Position numbers and translations under genes: made by a program. From the NCBI GenBank assembly GCA_043827405.1, contig JBDRPD010000066.1, positions 64,342-128,341 of the forward strand: 64,000 nucleotides of DNA, given 5' to 3'. The first letter of the stretch is position 1, and the number at the start of each line of letters is the position of its first letter. Origin of the DNA: Elusimicrobiota bacterium (lineage in GTDB: Bacteria > Elusimicrobiota > Elusimicrobia > UBA1565). Positions 26,935 to 36,572 of the stretch are shown here, in pieces. Below the pieces are notes generated by a model. The model was not told where the DNA came from. It searched no databases and worked only from the letters and a program-made list of their open reading frames with translations.

Positions 26935-28932
26935 TTAGAATCTTTTCTCGATCAGTTTCTTCTGCCAGTTGGTTATCGCATCTTTGCTGAAGTCTTCTGC
27001 TCCAAATAGCGGCAGTATGCGCATAATGAACCTATTAGAGATGCCTTCCCAGGACTCTCGTAGGTCGGTAATGTCGATATCTTCTTTGAGGACTATTTGT
27101 GGTTCCTGAGCGATATAGTCTCCTCTGAAGTCGATCCCAGGGTCGAGGCAGACAAGATTTCGGTTTCCGGTTCCGTTGAGTGTTAGGCTCACGTGCACTC
27201 CGTCGATAAGAGGCTGTTCTCCGTAATATTGTTTTAAGAAGAGGAAAATTTCCGTAGTCTCCCAAATCAAATAGATGTAGGAGAGAATCCGTCGCCCCTG
27301 CTCATCTCTTTTATTTTCTAGATCTTCCCAGAAGATTCTTTTCCATACGAACAGTCCGCTTTGATAAGCGCGATAGCCTTCTATGTAGCGCTCCCAGGTC
27401 GTTTTGGACTGGTAGCCCTTTAAAAAATAACTTGAGGTTTCTTTATCGGTGTGGGGGAAGTTCCAGCCCCGGAGACTGACTTCTGACGCGCTTACCAACC
27501 GTTTCACGTCTCTCGGGTCCGGCAGTCGCTCAGCTTTGTACCTCGTCGGGTGGGAGAGAACTTCCCAGCCGCCAAAGTGCATAAATTTACTAGCGACCTC
27601 TGCATAAAGAAAATCGTCCGCAGCTTTGGTTTCTGCCACATACTTCGCCGCCGATTCTTCTATGGAATCGACAGTTTTGGGCTGTGCGGCCTCGCTCAAG
27701 CGTTCGGTAAGATGCTTGGTTGTAATCTCGATTCCTTTTGCTATTTCCCGGATGCTCTTTTTCGCACCGAACTCAGGAACAAAGGTCTTCTCTCGTTTTT
27801 TGACAGCCATGAGGAGAGCCTCTCCCAGATCGTTGCAGATACCTAAGACGGCCTTGACCCCGACATCGGCTTCTTCTGCGAGCCTTTCCCAGTGCCGCTT
27901 CATGATCCAGTTCGGACGGTTCTCTCCGCCGATTTTCATCGCCAACTTCTTGGAAAGTTCGGGATAAACCACGGTAGACATCAGATCGTAGAATGGCGCG
28001 AGACGTATGCCGTCGCGCGTGATTAGTATGGATGCATTTTTTGCATGGGCATCGCAGTTCCCGATAAGGTAATTGAAGACGACCCAGCGGAGAAGATTCC
28101 GCTTATCTATGATCGGCTCGGAGCTGCGCTCCTCTAGTAAGGTAAAACATTCTTTTAGTCCAGGGCCTCCGGCAGATTCATATTTTTGATCGTGGTTGTA
28201 TCCGAGAGCTTGGCAGAAATCCTCCTGATGTAGGCGAATGGGGGATCCAGCGGCCAGCGTGCGATCATAGCGTTCGACTTGAAGCGCTCGAATCTTGCCT
28301 CCTCGAATATCAACCTTCGGTACGGGCAAGGCACATTCTCTCGCGAGCATCATGCAGAAGGCCTCATTTTCGACTGTGTCAGTATAATCTGGAATCGTTG
28401 GTTTTAAGATATGTGAACTTGAAAATGCGCCCTTTGGCAGGAAGATGGAACCATCCTTTACGTAGACGGGTAATTTGTGTTGCGCTCCGGCCAAAGATAG
28501 ACGTAGGCCATCTTTGCCTGCAATCAATGCTCTCCGAGGCATTGCCTCGATCATATGGTCGAGAACTTCTTCGGAGAGTTCCTCGTAACTGCCATCTTCC
28601 TCGGGGGGGAGTCCGTCGGGCAGGAGGGACAACGCGCCGGCGCACTCTCCTCCCAATTCTTCCAGGAGCTTAAAGTCGTTTGTTGTTGAAACGCCGATAT
28701 TCTTTGCGATCATGTCCCGAATGTCAGCTTCAGGCAGGAGGTTGGTAAAGAAAGGTTTAGAGACGTCGGTTTCGAATGGTTCCGCTTGAAGTGGCAGCCT
28801 GAGTGAAATCGGAAGCGCTTCCGGTGATGAAACCCAATCGGAATCGTACTGAAAGATGAAAGCCCTTTTATCCGTGAGCCACAGGCGACCGACTTTTTGC
28901 TGAGCCCAATAAACGTTGAGTAGGTTATTCAT
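26935..28932 (-). CDS. hipA: HipA-family kinase toxin with an extra C-terminal domain
   Basis: HipA N-terminal coupling domain; SLAGAQHK, HQEDFCQ, NCDAHAKN and LAPFYD motifs; ~245 extra residues after the kinase. Confidence 0.9.
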   Translation of the reverse strand: MNNLLNVYWAQQKVGRLWLTDKRAFIFQYDSDWVSSPEALPISLRLPLQAEPFETDVSKPFFTNLLPEADIRDMIAKNIGVSTTNDFKLLEELGGECAGALSLLPDGLPPEEDGSYEELSEEVLDHMIEAMPRRALIAGKDGLRLSLAGAQHKLPVYVKDGSIFLPKGAFSSSHILKPTIPDYTDTVENEAFCMMLARECALPVPKVDIRGGKIRALQVERYDRTLAAGSPIRLHQEDFCQALGYNHDQKYESAGGPGLKECFTLLEERSSEPIIDKRNLLRWVVFNYLIGNCDAHAKNASILITRDGIRLAPFYDLMSTVVYPELSKKLAMKIGGENRPNWIMKRHWERLAEEADVGVKAVLGICNDLGEALLMAVKKREKTFVPEFGAKKSIREIAKGIEITTKHLTERLSEAAQPKTVDSIEESAAKYVAETKAADDFLYAEVASKFMHFGGWEVLSHPTRYKAERLPDPRDVKRLVSASEVSLRGWNFPHTDKETSSYFLKGYQSKTTWERYIEGYRAYQSGLFVWKRIFWEDLENKRDEQGRRILSYIYLIWETTEIFLFLKQYYGEQPLIDGVHVSLTLNGTGNRNLVCLDPGIDFRGDYIAQEPQIVLKEDIDITDLRESWEGISNRFIMRILPLFGAEDFSKDAITNWQKKLIEKRF

Positions 28933-29194
28933 TCGTTAGAGTCTTTTTCTTTAGCTGTACAACTAGGCCGAAGGCACGGAGAACCTGCATTGTTTTTCCA
29001 AGGTGGATGCTGGACTTTCCGTTCTCTAAATCGGAAAGAAACCGAGTGCCCACCTTGCACATCGAGGCGGCTTCGATTTGAGACAAGCCAGCCGATTTTC
29101 TCGTTTGCCGGACTATTGCTCCAATTTCAGCAGGTAGCTTGACAATGATTGCGGATATAGTTTTTTTGGGCCCTGTTTGGTTTCTGTCAGCCAT
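28925..29194 (-). CDS. hipB: HipB-like XRE helix-turn-helix antitoxin
   Basis: RKSAGLSQIEAASMCKVGTRFLSDLENGK; overlaps the hipA start. Confidence 0.85.
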   Translation of the reverse strand: MADRNQTGPKKTISAIIVKLPAEIGAIVRQTRKSAGLSQIEAASMCKVGTRFLSDLENGKSSIHLGKTMQVLRAFGLVVQLKKKTLTNE

Positions 29195-29197
29195 TTC

Positions 29198-29313
29198 ATT
29201 CCCGTACGGTATTATTTAACTGTTTTATAAATAAAATGAACTATTTATTCCCGTTCGGTAATATTATATCCAGGAATGGAGAAAAGTCAATGGATATTCC
29301 CGAACGGTAATAT
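29198..29313 (-). promoter_or_regulatory. hipBA promoter with three operator repeats
   Basis: ATTCCCGnnCGGTAwTAT at 29198, 29247 and 29296; minus-strand TTGACT (29290-29285) N16 TATAAT (29268-29263). Confidence 0.75.
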
Positions 29314-29401
29314 CTGTTGAGATAGGTGATACTAGTTCAGTCTTGACAAGAAGAATGCAGTACTGCGGTTTAACCTAAATTTCCACGAACTTATCTGACG
29401 C

Positions 29402-29545
29402 TCAACATTCGTAGCCCTGGCAGAAGCCGAGGTCATCATTACGGCATTCGGGAGGGAGTTCAACGACGAACGGCCGCACAGCTCACTCGGCACAACGCCG
29501 TCTCTGTTTGCGGCCCGGCATCAATCTGGATTTTGGGGCAGGGTC
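29402..29545 (+). pseudogene. IS3-family transposase C-terminal remnant
   Basis: Translates as STFVALAEAEVIITAFGREFNDERPHSSLGTTPSLFAA, matching the YN..RPHSSLG..TP integrase-core tail; no upstream ORF. Confidence 0.7.
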
Positions 29546-29705
29546 GGGGGGCTTCGTGATCGCCTGTCGCCATTGGCCCAATTGCCAGGGGAGACGTTGA
29601 TCGCAGCCGCGTAGCTAGAAGAACTGCCATATTGTACTTAAGAATTATACATGTTATACTAGCTTAAGTAACCACGCCGCCGGACGCCTCACCCAGGAGC
29701 AAACC

Positions 29706-31634
29706 ATGACCTTCGGCATCGGTAAGCGCGCGGACGCAGAGATCCGTAAGCTCGACTGCGCCATCGAGCAGGCCCCTTACGGCATACTTATAACCGACCG
29801 CAAGGGCGACATCGAGTACGCCAACGCCATGTTCACTAAAATATCCGGCTATACCCTCAAGGAGATCGTCGGCAAGAACCCGCGCATTCTCAAGTCCGGC
29901 AGACAGGACGGCGATTTTTATATCGGGCTGTGGGAGACGATTTGCGCCGGCAAGAGCTGGCAAGGGGAACTCCAGAATAAGAGGGAAAACGGTGAACTAT
30001 ATTGGGAACGCATGACCATCTCGCCGGTCAAAGATGTCGCCGGCGCGGTCACGCATTTCGTGGCCATGAAGGAGGATGTCACCAAACTAAAACAAGCCGA
30101 GCGCGAACTCGTGCAGGCGGGCGTCTACCTCGACGTCATGGGCGACGCCTTGGTCGCATTAACTCTGGACGCCAAGATAACGAAGGTCAATAGGGCGTTC
30201 CGCGACCTCTGGGGCTATACGTCCAAGGAGGTGCGCGGCGTGTCCGCCTGGTCCCTCTTCCCCGAGGCGGAGCGGACCAAGCTCGAAGCGATGATGGCGG
30301 AAAACCTGAAGGAACCGGCCGTGAAGAAGCGGCTCGAGAGCGCGGCGCTGAGAAAGGACGGCACTACGATCCCGGTCCTGCTCACCGGCTCGGTGATATC
30401 GGATCCGCGCAACGGCCCGACAGGCTATCTCGGGGTGTTTCGCGACATAACCCAGCTCAAGGAGGCTGAGGAGGCGCTGCGGCGCTCGGAGCAGCAGTTC
30501 CGTCAAGCGCAAAAGATGGATGCCATCGGCCGGCTGGCCGGCGGCGTCGCCCACGACTTCAACAACATCCTGACGGCGATCCTCGGCAACTGCGCCTTCC
30601 TGCTGCAGACGCACGTAAAAGACGTCCAAATGATAGAGGATGTCAATGCGATCAAAGCGGACGCGGAGCGCGCGGCTCAGCTGACGAGGCAGCTCTTAGC
30701 TTTCAGCCGCAAGCAGCCGCATCAACCCAAGGTTTTGGACCTCAACGCCGTCATCGGAAATATGGACAAGCTGCTGCGGCGGCTGGTGCGAGAGGATATC
30801 GAGCTGATCACATTGCCTCGGATCGGGCTGGGCAGCGTTCTGGCCGATCTCGCCCAGGTCGAGCAGGTGATCATGAATCTTGTGGTCAACGCCCGCGACG
30901 CTATGCCGGATGGTGGGAAGTTGAGCGTCGAAACCGCCAACTGCGAGCTCGACGAGGACTATAGCTGCAAACATTTTGAAAGTCGCCCGGGCCCTCACGT
31001 CGTGCTCTCGGTCAGCGACAACGGCTGCGGCATGAACGAGGAGACGCTGAGCCAGATATTCGAGCCGTTCTTCACCACCAAGGAGCAAGGCAAGGGCACG
31101 GGGCTTGGACTGGCCGCGGTCTACGGCATCGTCAAGCAGAGCGGCGGCAGCATAGAGGTCTATAGCGAGCTGGGGCACGGGACCACGTTTAAGATCTACC
31201 TGCCGCGCGTGGACGAAAGCGCGGAAGCGCTCCGGCGGCCGTCGGTGCCGGCGCGTCTGGATCGAGGTACGGAGACGGTCCTGCTCGCAGAGGACAACGA
31301 CCAGGTGCGGAGAATGGCCGCGCGGGCGCTGCGGGAGCAGGGCTACGATGTCCTGGAGGCGCGCGACGGCATGGAGGTGCTGCAGATCAGCGAGACGCAT
31401 ACGGGATGCATCCATCTTCTGCTGACGGACATCATCATGCCTAAGCTGAAGGGGCCCGAATTAGCCAAGCGTTTGCGTTCATATCGTCCGGGTTTGAAGG
31501 TGTTGTTTCTGTCCGGCTACGCCGAAGGTTCCGCGACGCATAACGGCCTGCTCAGCGGCGATATCGAGTTTCTTGCCAAACCATACACCCCGGAAGTCCT
31601 GCTGCAGACCGTGCGCCGGATACTAGACAGCTAG
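29706..31634 (+). CDS. Soluble PAS-PAS hybrid histidine kinase/receiver
   Basis: Two PAS/PAC domains, AHDFNN, FFTTK, GTGLGL and a C-terminal REC (LLTDIIMP). Confidence 0.9.
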   Translation: MTFGIGKRADAEIRKLDCAIEQAPYGILITDRKGDIEYANAMFTKISGYTLKEIVGKNPRILKSGRQDGDFYIGLWETICAGKSWQGELQNKRENGELYWERMTISPVKDVAGAVTHFVAMKEDVTKLKQAERELVQAGVYLDVMGDALVALTLDAKITKVNRAFRDLWGYTSKEVRGVSAWSLFPEAERTKLEAMMAENLKEPAVKKRLESAALRKDGTTIPVLLTGSVISDPRNGPTGYLGVFRDITQLKEAEEALRRSEQQFRQAQKMDAIGRLAGGVAHDFNNILTAILGNCAFLLQTHVKDVQMIEDVNAIKADAERAAQLTRQLLAFSRKQPHQPKVLDLNAVIGNMDKLLRRLVREDIELITLPRIGLGSVLADLAQVEQVIMNLVVNARDAMPDGGKLSVETANCELDEDYSCKHFESRPGPHVVLSVSDNGCGMNEETLSQIFEPFFTTKEQGKGTGLGLAAVYGIVKQSGGSIEVYSELGHGTTFKIYLPRVDESAEALRRPSVPARLDRGTETVLLAEDNDQVRRMAARALREQGYDVLEARDGMEVLQISETHTGCIHLLLTDIIMPKLKGPELAKRLRSYRPGLKVLFLSGYAEGSATHNGLLSGDIEFLAKPYTPEVLLQTVRRILDS

Positions 31635-31658
31635 AAGATACGAGCGCTTTTCGGCCGC

Positions 31659-34600
31659 TTAGGCAGCCTTGCCTCGCAGCAGGACTTCGTCCACCGCCGC
31701 CCGGAAGCGCTCCAGCGTGAAGGGCTTGGCCAGCACCGGCAGCCTCTCCAGCGGATGTCCAGGAGGGAACTCATGTTTTGTCACGTCCCCTGTAACGAGT
31801 AGAACCGCCGGAGCCGGCTTACTTCGCATGGCTGCCGTCGCGACGTGCCGGCCTTCCATGCCGCCCAGATGCAGGTCCGTTACCACTAGATCGTAGCGCG
31901 CTTCTTGGAGCCGGCGCAGCGCCTCTCTTCCCGAGCGGGCGATGTCCACCCGGTGCCCCGCGGCCGACAGCATTCGCTCCATAAGCGTCAGCACCGCCTG
32001 CTCATCGTCGACTACCAGCACCCGCTGATCTCGGATCGGCGCTGCTTTGCGCCGCGGCTTCTCCCGGGCGGCCAGCTTGTCGGCGACCGGCAGCCGCATG
32101 CGAAAGCACGCGCCGCCCAGCGGCGAAGACTCGCACTCCAGCTCGCTGCCGTGCTCACGGATGATCCGCGCGCATATCGCCAGACCTAGGCCCGTGCCCT
32201 CATCCCGCGTGGTAAAAAATGGCTCCAGTATCCGTTTTCGGTCGGCCAAAGAAACGCCCGGTCCGGAATCGCAGATCTCCAGCAGCACCTTCCCGCCCTC
32301 GTGCCGGGCGCTGATCTTTATCTTCTTCTCCGCCTCTTGGCCGCGCATCGCCTGGCAGGCGTTCTGGACGATATTGAGCAGAACCTGCTCGAGCTGCTGC
32401 AGATTGCCGAGCACGCGCGGCAGCCCCTTTTCCAGGTCGGTCTCGACCTGGATGTGCTCCTGTTTTTCCAAACCGTATTTCAGCAGGTGCAGCGTCTCGC
32501 GAACCGTTGTGCGCAGCGACAACGCGCTTTTGCGGGCGCGGGATTTGCGCACAAAAAGCAGTAGGTTGTCGACGATCGCCGCGCAGCGCTTGGCGTTGAG
32601 GGCGATCTCCTCGAGATCCTGCCGCATGTTGGTCGGGAGGTCCGCGGCGTCCGGCGCCTGCTGGAGCATCTCCGAATAGCCGATGACGTTGGTCAGCGGG
32701 TTGTTGAGCTCGTGCGCCACTCCGGAAAGAAGTTGTCCGGTCAAGGACAGCTTTTCGGTCTGGACCAGGTGGGCATGAATGGCCTTTTCCGTCGTCACGT
32801 CACGGACGACCAACGACCATTCCTGGGGTTCCGCACCGTCCCCCGAGCCGGACCAGGTAAGACTTAGATCCAGAGCCCGCCCTTCGCTTGTCCGGCCGCG
32901 CATCTCATAGTTCATCAGCGGCCCCTTCTCCAAAGCGTGGCGCAGCAGCCGACGGTAGTCGCCCGGAGCGAATAAGCGCTCGATTGTCGCTCCCCGCATC
33001 TCTTCTCCCGCATAGCCGAAGATGCGGCGCGCGCCGATGCTCCACACAGCGACCCGTAGGTCCGCGTCAAGCCCGATGATCGCGTCGGCCGAGCTGTCGA
33101 CGACGCTGCGATAGCGGGCTTCCGACAACCGCAGACCCTCGAACAACTCGAGGTTCTTGAAGGCCAGGCCCGCCGCGCCGCAGAATAATGACAGCGCGCC
33201 GACATCCTCCTCCGTGATTTCCTGTCTCGACTCGTACCTGTCGACCATGATCACGCCATAAACCCGATCATCGACCAGAATCGGTACGGCGCAGAAAGCC
33301 TCGGCCCGGACTTTCTTGATTATCGGATCGGTACAGCGGGGATCCGCGTCCGCATCCGGAATATTGACGCTCTTGCGCTCGCGCGCTACCCAGGCGAGAA
33401 TCCGGTTGCTGCCAAGTGGTACGCGCTCATCCCTGATCATTGTATCGCTCAGGCCCATGCTCTGCGTATTCAGCACGCAGCAGCCGCGCAGTTGTCCGCC
33501 GCCGTCGGCATCCGTGAGATACAAGGCGCCGCGGTCGAAGCTCAGGCCCTGTGCCGCCGCCTGGAGACAGACGCGGGCGATTTCCTCCCGGCTCAGCCGA
33601 TGCGCGACCGTGTCGCTCAGGGACTTTAGGGCGCTGAGCTGCCGCAGCCGGGACTCGAGCTCGCCGGTGCGCTCCTCGAGACTCGCGGCCATGGCGTTGA
33701 AGCGCTGGGCCAACTCGGCGATCTCGTCGCTGCCGCGGATTGCGACCCGGTGCGCGAGGTCGCCCTCCCCGAAGCGGCGAGACGCCTCGGTGAGATCCTT
33801 GATCGGGGCGGTCAACGATCTTACCTGGATGAAGATCAGCAGCATGACGACCAGAGCGCAGGTCAGTGTCACCGATACTGTGAGGTTGCGGATGCGCTTG
33901 AGCGGTCCGATGAAATCCTCGAGCAGCGCCGAGGTGCGGACCCGCCATGGGGTGCCGAGGATCGCCTGCGAGCCCGACAGCGTTTCCGGTCCCTGCGAAC
34001 CAGCGCTTCCGGCCAGCACATTACCGGCGCTGTCGACGAGCGCCGCGGCTCCGTGTTCGCCCGCCTGATGGCTCGCGAGCAGCGCCTCGACCTCTTGCAG
34101 GTTGCAGGACATCAAGATCGCGCCGCGGAAGCGTTCACCATCGTCGTAGAGCGGCTTCCCGATATCCCAATGCGGGTAAGCGCCGGCGGCGGCGGGCTGA
34201 ATTGTCGAGCGGAACTGCCCGCCCATAGGCTGTTCCTTTATCCGCTGGAACAGGTCCGCAGCAGGGGGGGCGAGGACGGAGCCGGCCGTCGAGTCGACCA
34301 CGATGCGTCCGGAGGCGTCGAAAAACCGCACCGATTCGTACGCGCGGGTACGTCCGCGGAAGGCTAGAAGATAGGCCGCGATGTCCTTGCGGTAGGCCTC
34401 GGCCTCTTCGCTCAGGCCGTATTCCTTGTTTTTATAGTAATCCCTGAACAGGGACGATTCAGCCACGGCATCAAGGTCGTTGAGCCGCTGTTTAAAGAAA
34501 CCCTGCAGTGAGAGTGCGGTGATGGCGGCGAAGCCGTCGACCTGCTTGCGGACGTCGCTCAGGATCTGGGTCCTGGCCGCACGGTAGAGGGGGATAGCGG

Positions 34601-34760
34601 CGGCGAATATGCCGAAAAGAGCCAACGGGATGACCCAGATAAGCACCCGCTGAGCCAACGATAAAGATGAACGATTGCGCCGCCGGGATTCTTTGACCAT
34701 CGGCCGACGGACCGACGAAGGCCCGCATCTTAGTGTATCGGGATTAGGCGGCTCCCGCAA
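31659..34760 (-). CDS. Membrane hybrid histidine kinase (TM-Cache-like-TM-HAMP-GAF-PAS-HisKA-HATPase-REC)
   Basis: Two TM segments flanking a ~250-aa extracytoplasmic region, HAMP (DEIAELAQRFNAM), GAF, PAS, AHELNNPL, REC (VVTDL); start may be 34700. Confidence 0.9.
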   Translation of the reverse strand: MREPPNPDTLRCGPSSVRRPMVKESRRRNRSSLSLAQRVLIWVIPLALFGIFAAAIPLYRAARTQILSDVRKQVDGFAAITALSLQGFFKQRLNDLDAVAESSLFRDYYKNKEYGLSEEAEAYRKDIAAYLLAFRGRTRAYESVRFFDASGRIVVDSTAGSVLAPPAADLFQRIKEQPMGGQFRSTIQPAAAGAYPHWDIGKPLYDDGERFRGAILMSCNLQEVEALLASHQAGEHGAAALVDSAGNVLAGSAGSQGPETLSGSQAILGTPWRVRTSALLEDFIGPLKRIRNLTVSVTLTCALVVMLLIFIQVRSLTAPIKDLTEASRRFGEGDLAHRVAIRGSDEIAELAQRFNAMAASLEERTGELESRLRQLSALKSLSDTVAHRLSREEIARVCLQAAAQGLSFDRGALYLTDADGGGQLRGCCVLNTQSMGLSDTMIRDERVPLGSNRILAWVARERKSVNIPDADADPRCTDPIIKKVRAEAFCAVPILVDDRVYGVIMVDRYESRQEITEEDVGALSLFCGAAGLAFKNLELFEGLRLSEARYRSVVDSSADAIIGLDADLRVAVWSIGARRIFGYAGEEMRGATIERLFAPGDYRRLLRHALEKGPLMNYEMRGRTSEGRALDLSLTWSGSGDGAEPQEWSLVVRDVTTEKAIHAHLVQTEKLSLTGQLLSGVAHELNNPLTNVIGYSEMLQQAPDAADLPTNMRQDLEEIALNAKRCAAIVDNLLLFVRKSRARKSALSLRTTVRETLHLLKYGLEKQEHIQVETDLEKGLPRVLGNLQQLEQVLLNIVQNACQAMRGQEAEKKIKISARHEGGKVLLEICDSGPGVSLADRKRILEPFFTTRDEGTGLGLAICARIIREHGSELECESSPLGGACFRMRLPVADKLAAREKPRRKAAPIRDQRVLVVDDEQAVLTLMERMLSAAGHRVDIARSGREALRRLQEARYDLVVTDLHLGGMEGRHVATAAMRSKPAPAVLLVTGDVTKHEFPPGHPLERLPVLAKPFTLERFRAAVDEVLLRGKAA

Positions 34761-36177
34761 GGACTTCCCGGCGGGCGCGGCGCTTCATCTCGGCGAGGAT
34801 CTTCCATAGCGGGCCGCGAAACCCCTCGCGGTAGAGGTCGACGATGGTGCGGTTGAGCTGCGGCGAGCCGCCGCCGGCGGTACAGTAGACAAAGTCCCGC
34901 GCTTGGGCGAAATCCAGGATGCGCCGCGTCGCGTCCGGCGGCAGCTCCTCTGAATAGTAGAAATACGGCTTCAGGAGCGGGGTAGTCGGCGACAGTAGAC
35001 CGCGTGCGATGAGCTGTTTCTGCACCGGAGTGCCGCGATAAATGCGGATGCCCTCGGCGATGAAGACGGCGGTGGGTCTGATATCGTCGACTACCGCCAG
35101 CGTCTCGGCCAGAGTTTCCGCATTTTCGCCGGGCGGGCCGATGAGGAGGTGAAAGCTGAACTCCAGGCCGTGGCGCCGGCACGCTTCCGCGGCGGAATAG
35201 ATGTCCCGCTGCCGGTAGTTCTTGCCGTAGGACTGCAGAATCTTGTCGGAGCAGGAATCGACGCCGAAATAGACGCCGTCGCTGCCGGCGCGAACCATGC
35301 GCGCGGCGAGCTCATCGTCGAAGCGGTACGGCGACGTATAGGCATGCCAGTGGGCGCCCAAATCCCTTTTGCTCAGCTCGTCGCAGACGTCAAGGGCGTG
35401 TTTTCTGGGCACGTTGAACACGCTGTCGGAGAAGTGAAAATAGTCGTAGCCCTTGCCTGCCAGGTACTCCATCTCGTCGACCACCCGGACGGGAGCGATG
35501 AGGCGGTAGCTGCGGCCCTCGATCAGCGGATAGGTGCAGTAGCTGCAGTGCTGGGCGCAGCCGCGCTTGGTCTGAACGCTCGCGCTGCCGCCGTGCAGGA
35601 AATATCGCTCGTAATCCACGAGGTCGAGCGCCTGCAGCGGCAGGTGCCTGAGAAATTCCGCGTCCGCGTTCACCGGTGGATTTTCCTGCAGGCTGCCGTC
35701 GTCCCAGCGGAAGACGAGCCCCGGCACGTCGTCGACGGCGCGCCGCGCGGCGAGCCGCTCGACCAGCGCCGCCAGGGCGAGCTCGCCCTCGCCCACGATG
35801 CCGTAGTCCGCCCCGGTCAGTTCCAGAATGGAGGCGGGCTCCAGCGAGAATCCGGCGCCGCCGAGAACCATGGGAACATCCGGATAGGCGGCGCGCACGG
35901 CGTGGATGAGCGCATCCGCTTCGGGCAGGAAAAAGCGGCTCTGCTGCATCTGCGCGCTGTCGATGTTGCGTATCGAGAAACCAATTAGGTCGGGTCGCGG
36001 TCCGCGCCTGAGCCGGCCGACTAGCGCATCTTGCGGAGAGCGCGCATCATCGTCAAGATAGGGGTCATGCAGCTCGACTATATGCCCATGGTCTCGCAGA
36101 TAGGCCGCCAGGTAGAGCAATCCGATCGGGCTCAGCGGGGGCTTGACAGCATTGGCGTTGATTAAGGCGATGTGCAT
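34744..36177 (-). CDS. Cobalamin-binding radical SAM protein (class B methyltransferase-like)
   Basis: N-terminal B12 domain (IGFSIRNID, LGGAGFS, GEGE) and QTKRGCAQHCSYC. Confidence 0.85.
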   Translation of the reverse strand: MHIALINANAVKPPLSPIGLLYLAAYLRDHGHIVELHDPYLDDDARSPQDALVGRLRRGPRPDLIGFSIRNIDSAQMQQSRFFLPEADALIHAVRAAYPDVPMVLGGAGFSLEPASILELTGADYGIVGEGELALAALVERLAARRAVDDVPGLVFRWDDGSLQENPPVNADAEFLRHLPLQALDLVDYERYFLHGGSASVQTKRGCAQHCSYCTYPLIEGRSYRLIAPVRVVDEMEYLAGKGYDYFHFSDSVFNVPRKHALDVCDELSKRDLGAHWHAYTSPYRFDDELAARMVRAGSDGVYFGVDSCSDKILQSYGKNYRQRDIYSAAEACRRHGLEFSFHLLIGPPGENAETLAETLAVVDDIRPTAVFIAEGIRIYRGTPVQKQLIARGLLSPTTPLLKPYFYYSEELPPDATRRILDFAQARDFVYCTAGGGSPQLNRTIVDLYREGFRGPLWKILAEMKRRARREVLAGAA

Positions 36178-36572
36178 TATGGGCGCTCCTGGGCGGCGCG
36201 CGTTCGACGGCGCCGTATAAGTTTCGCGTCGGGACGCTCGGCGTCCAACGCGGGGGAAAAGACGGACAGCGCCTCGACGCCGCTGGCTTCCGTCCTGAAA
36301 GCATGTGCCGTTCCGGCCGGAATCTGCAGGCTGTCGCCGCGTCGCAGGCGGAGCTTGCGGCCGTCAAGTTCAGCCTCGGCTTCGCCCTGGATTACGAAGA
36401 CGAACTCGGAGGTGCGCTCGTGGACGACGGGGCCTTCCATGCTGTAAGGGGCCAAGGCGCTGTGCAGCACCGAAACAGGAAAACCTGTCTTATCAACGGG
36501 CAACGAACGGATCGCGAGGTCGCCGATCATCCGTACTGGCAGCGCAATCCAGTCAACGCGGTGCGGCTTCAT
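36177..36572 (-). CDS. Cupin-domain protein
   Basis: HERTSEFVFVIQG and GDSLQIPAGTAH motifs. Confidence 0.8.
   Translation of the reverse strand: MKPHRVDWIALPVRMIGDLAIRSLPVDKTGFPVSVLHSALAPYSMEGPVVHERTSEFVFVIQGEAEAELDGRKLRLRRGDSLQIPAGTAHAFRTEASGVEALSVFSPALDAERPDAKLIRRRRTRAAQERP

Noticed and set aside
29198..29313. Regularly spaced repeats as a mini CRISPR array
   Set aside because: Only three 18-bp imperfect units, no cas genes, and they overlie the hipBA promoter
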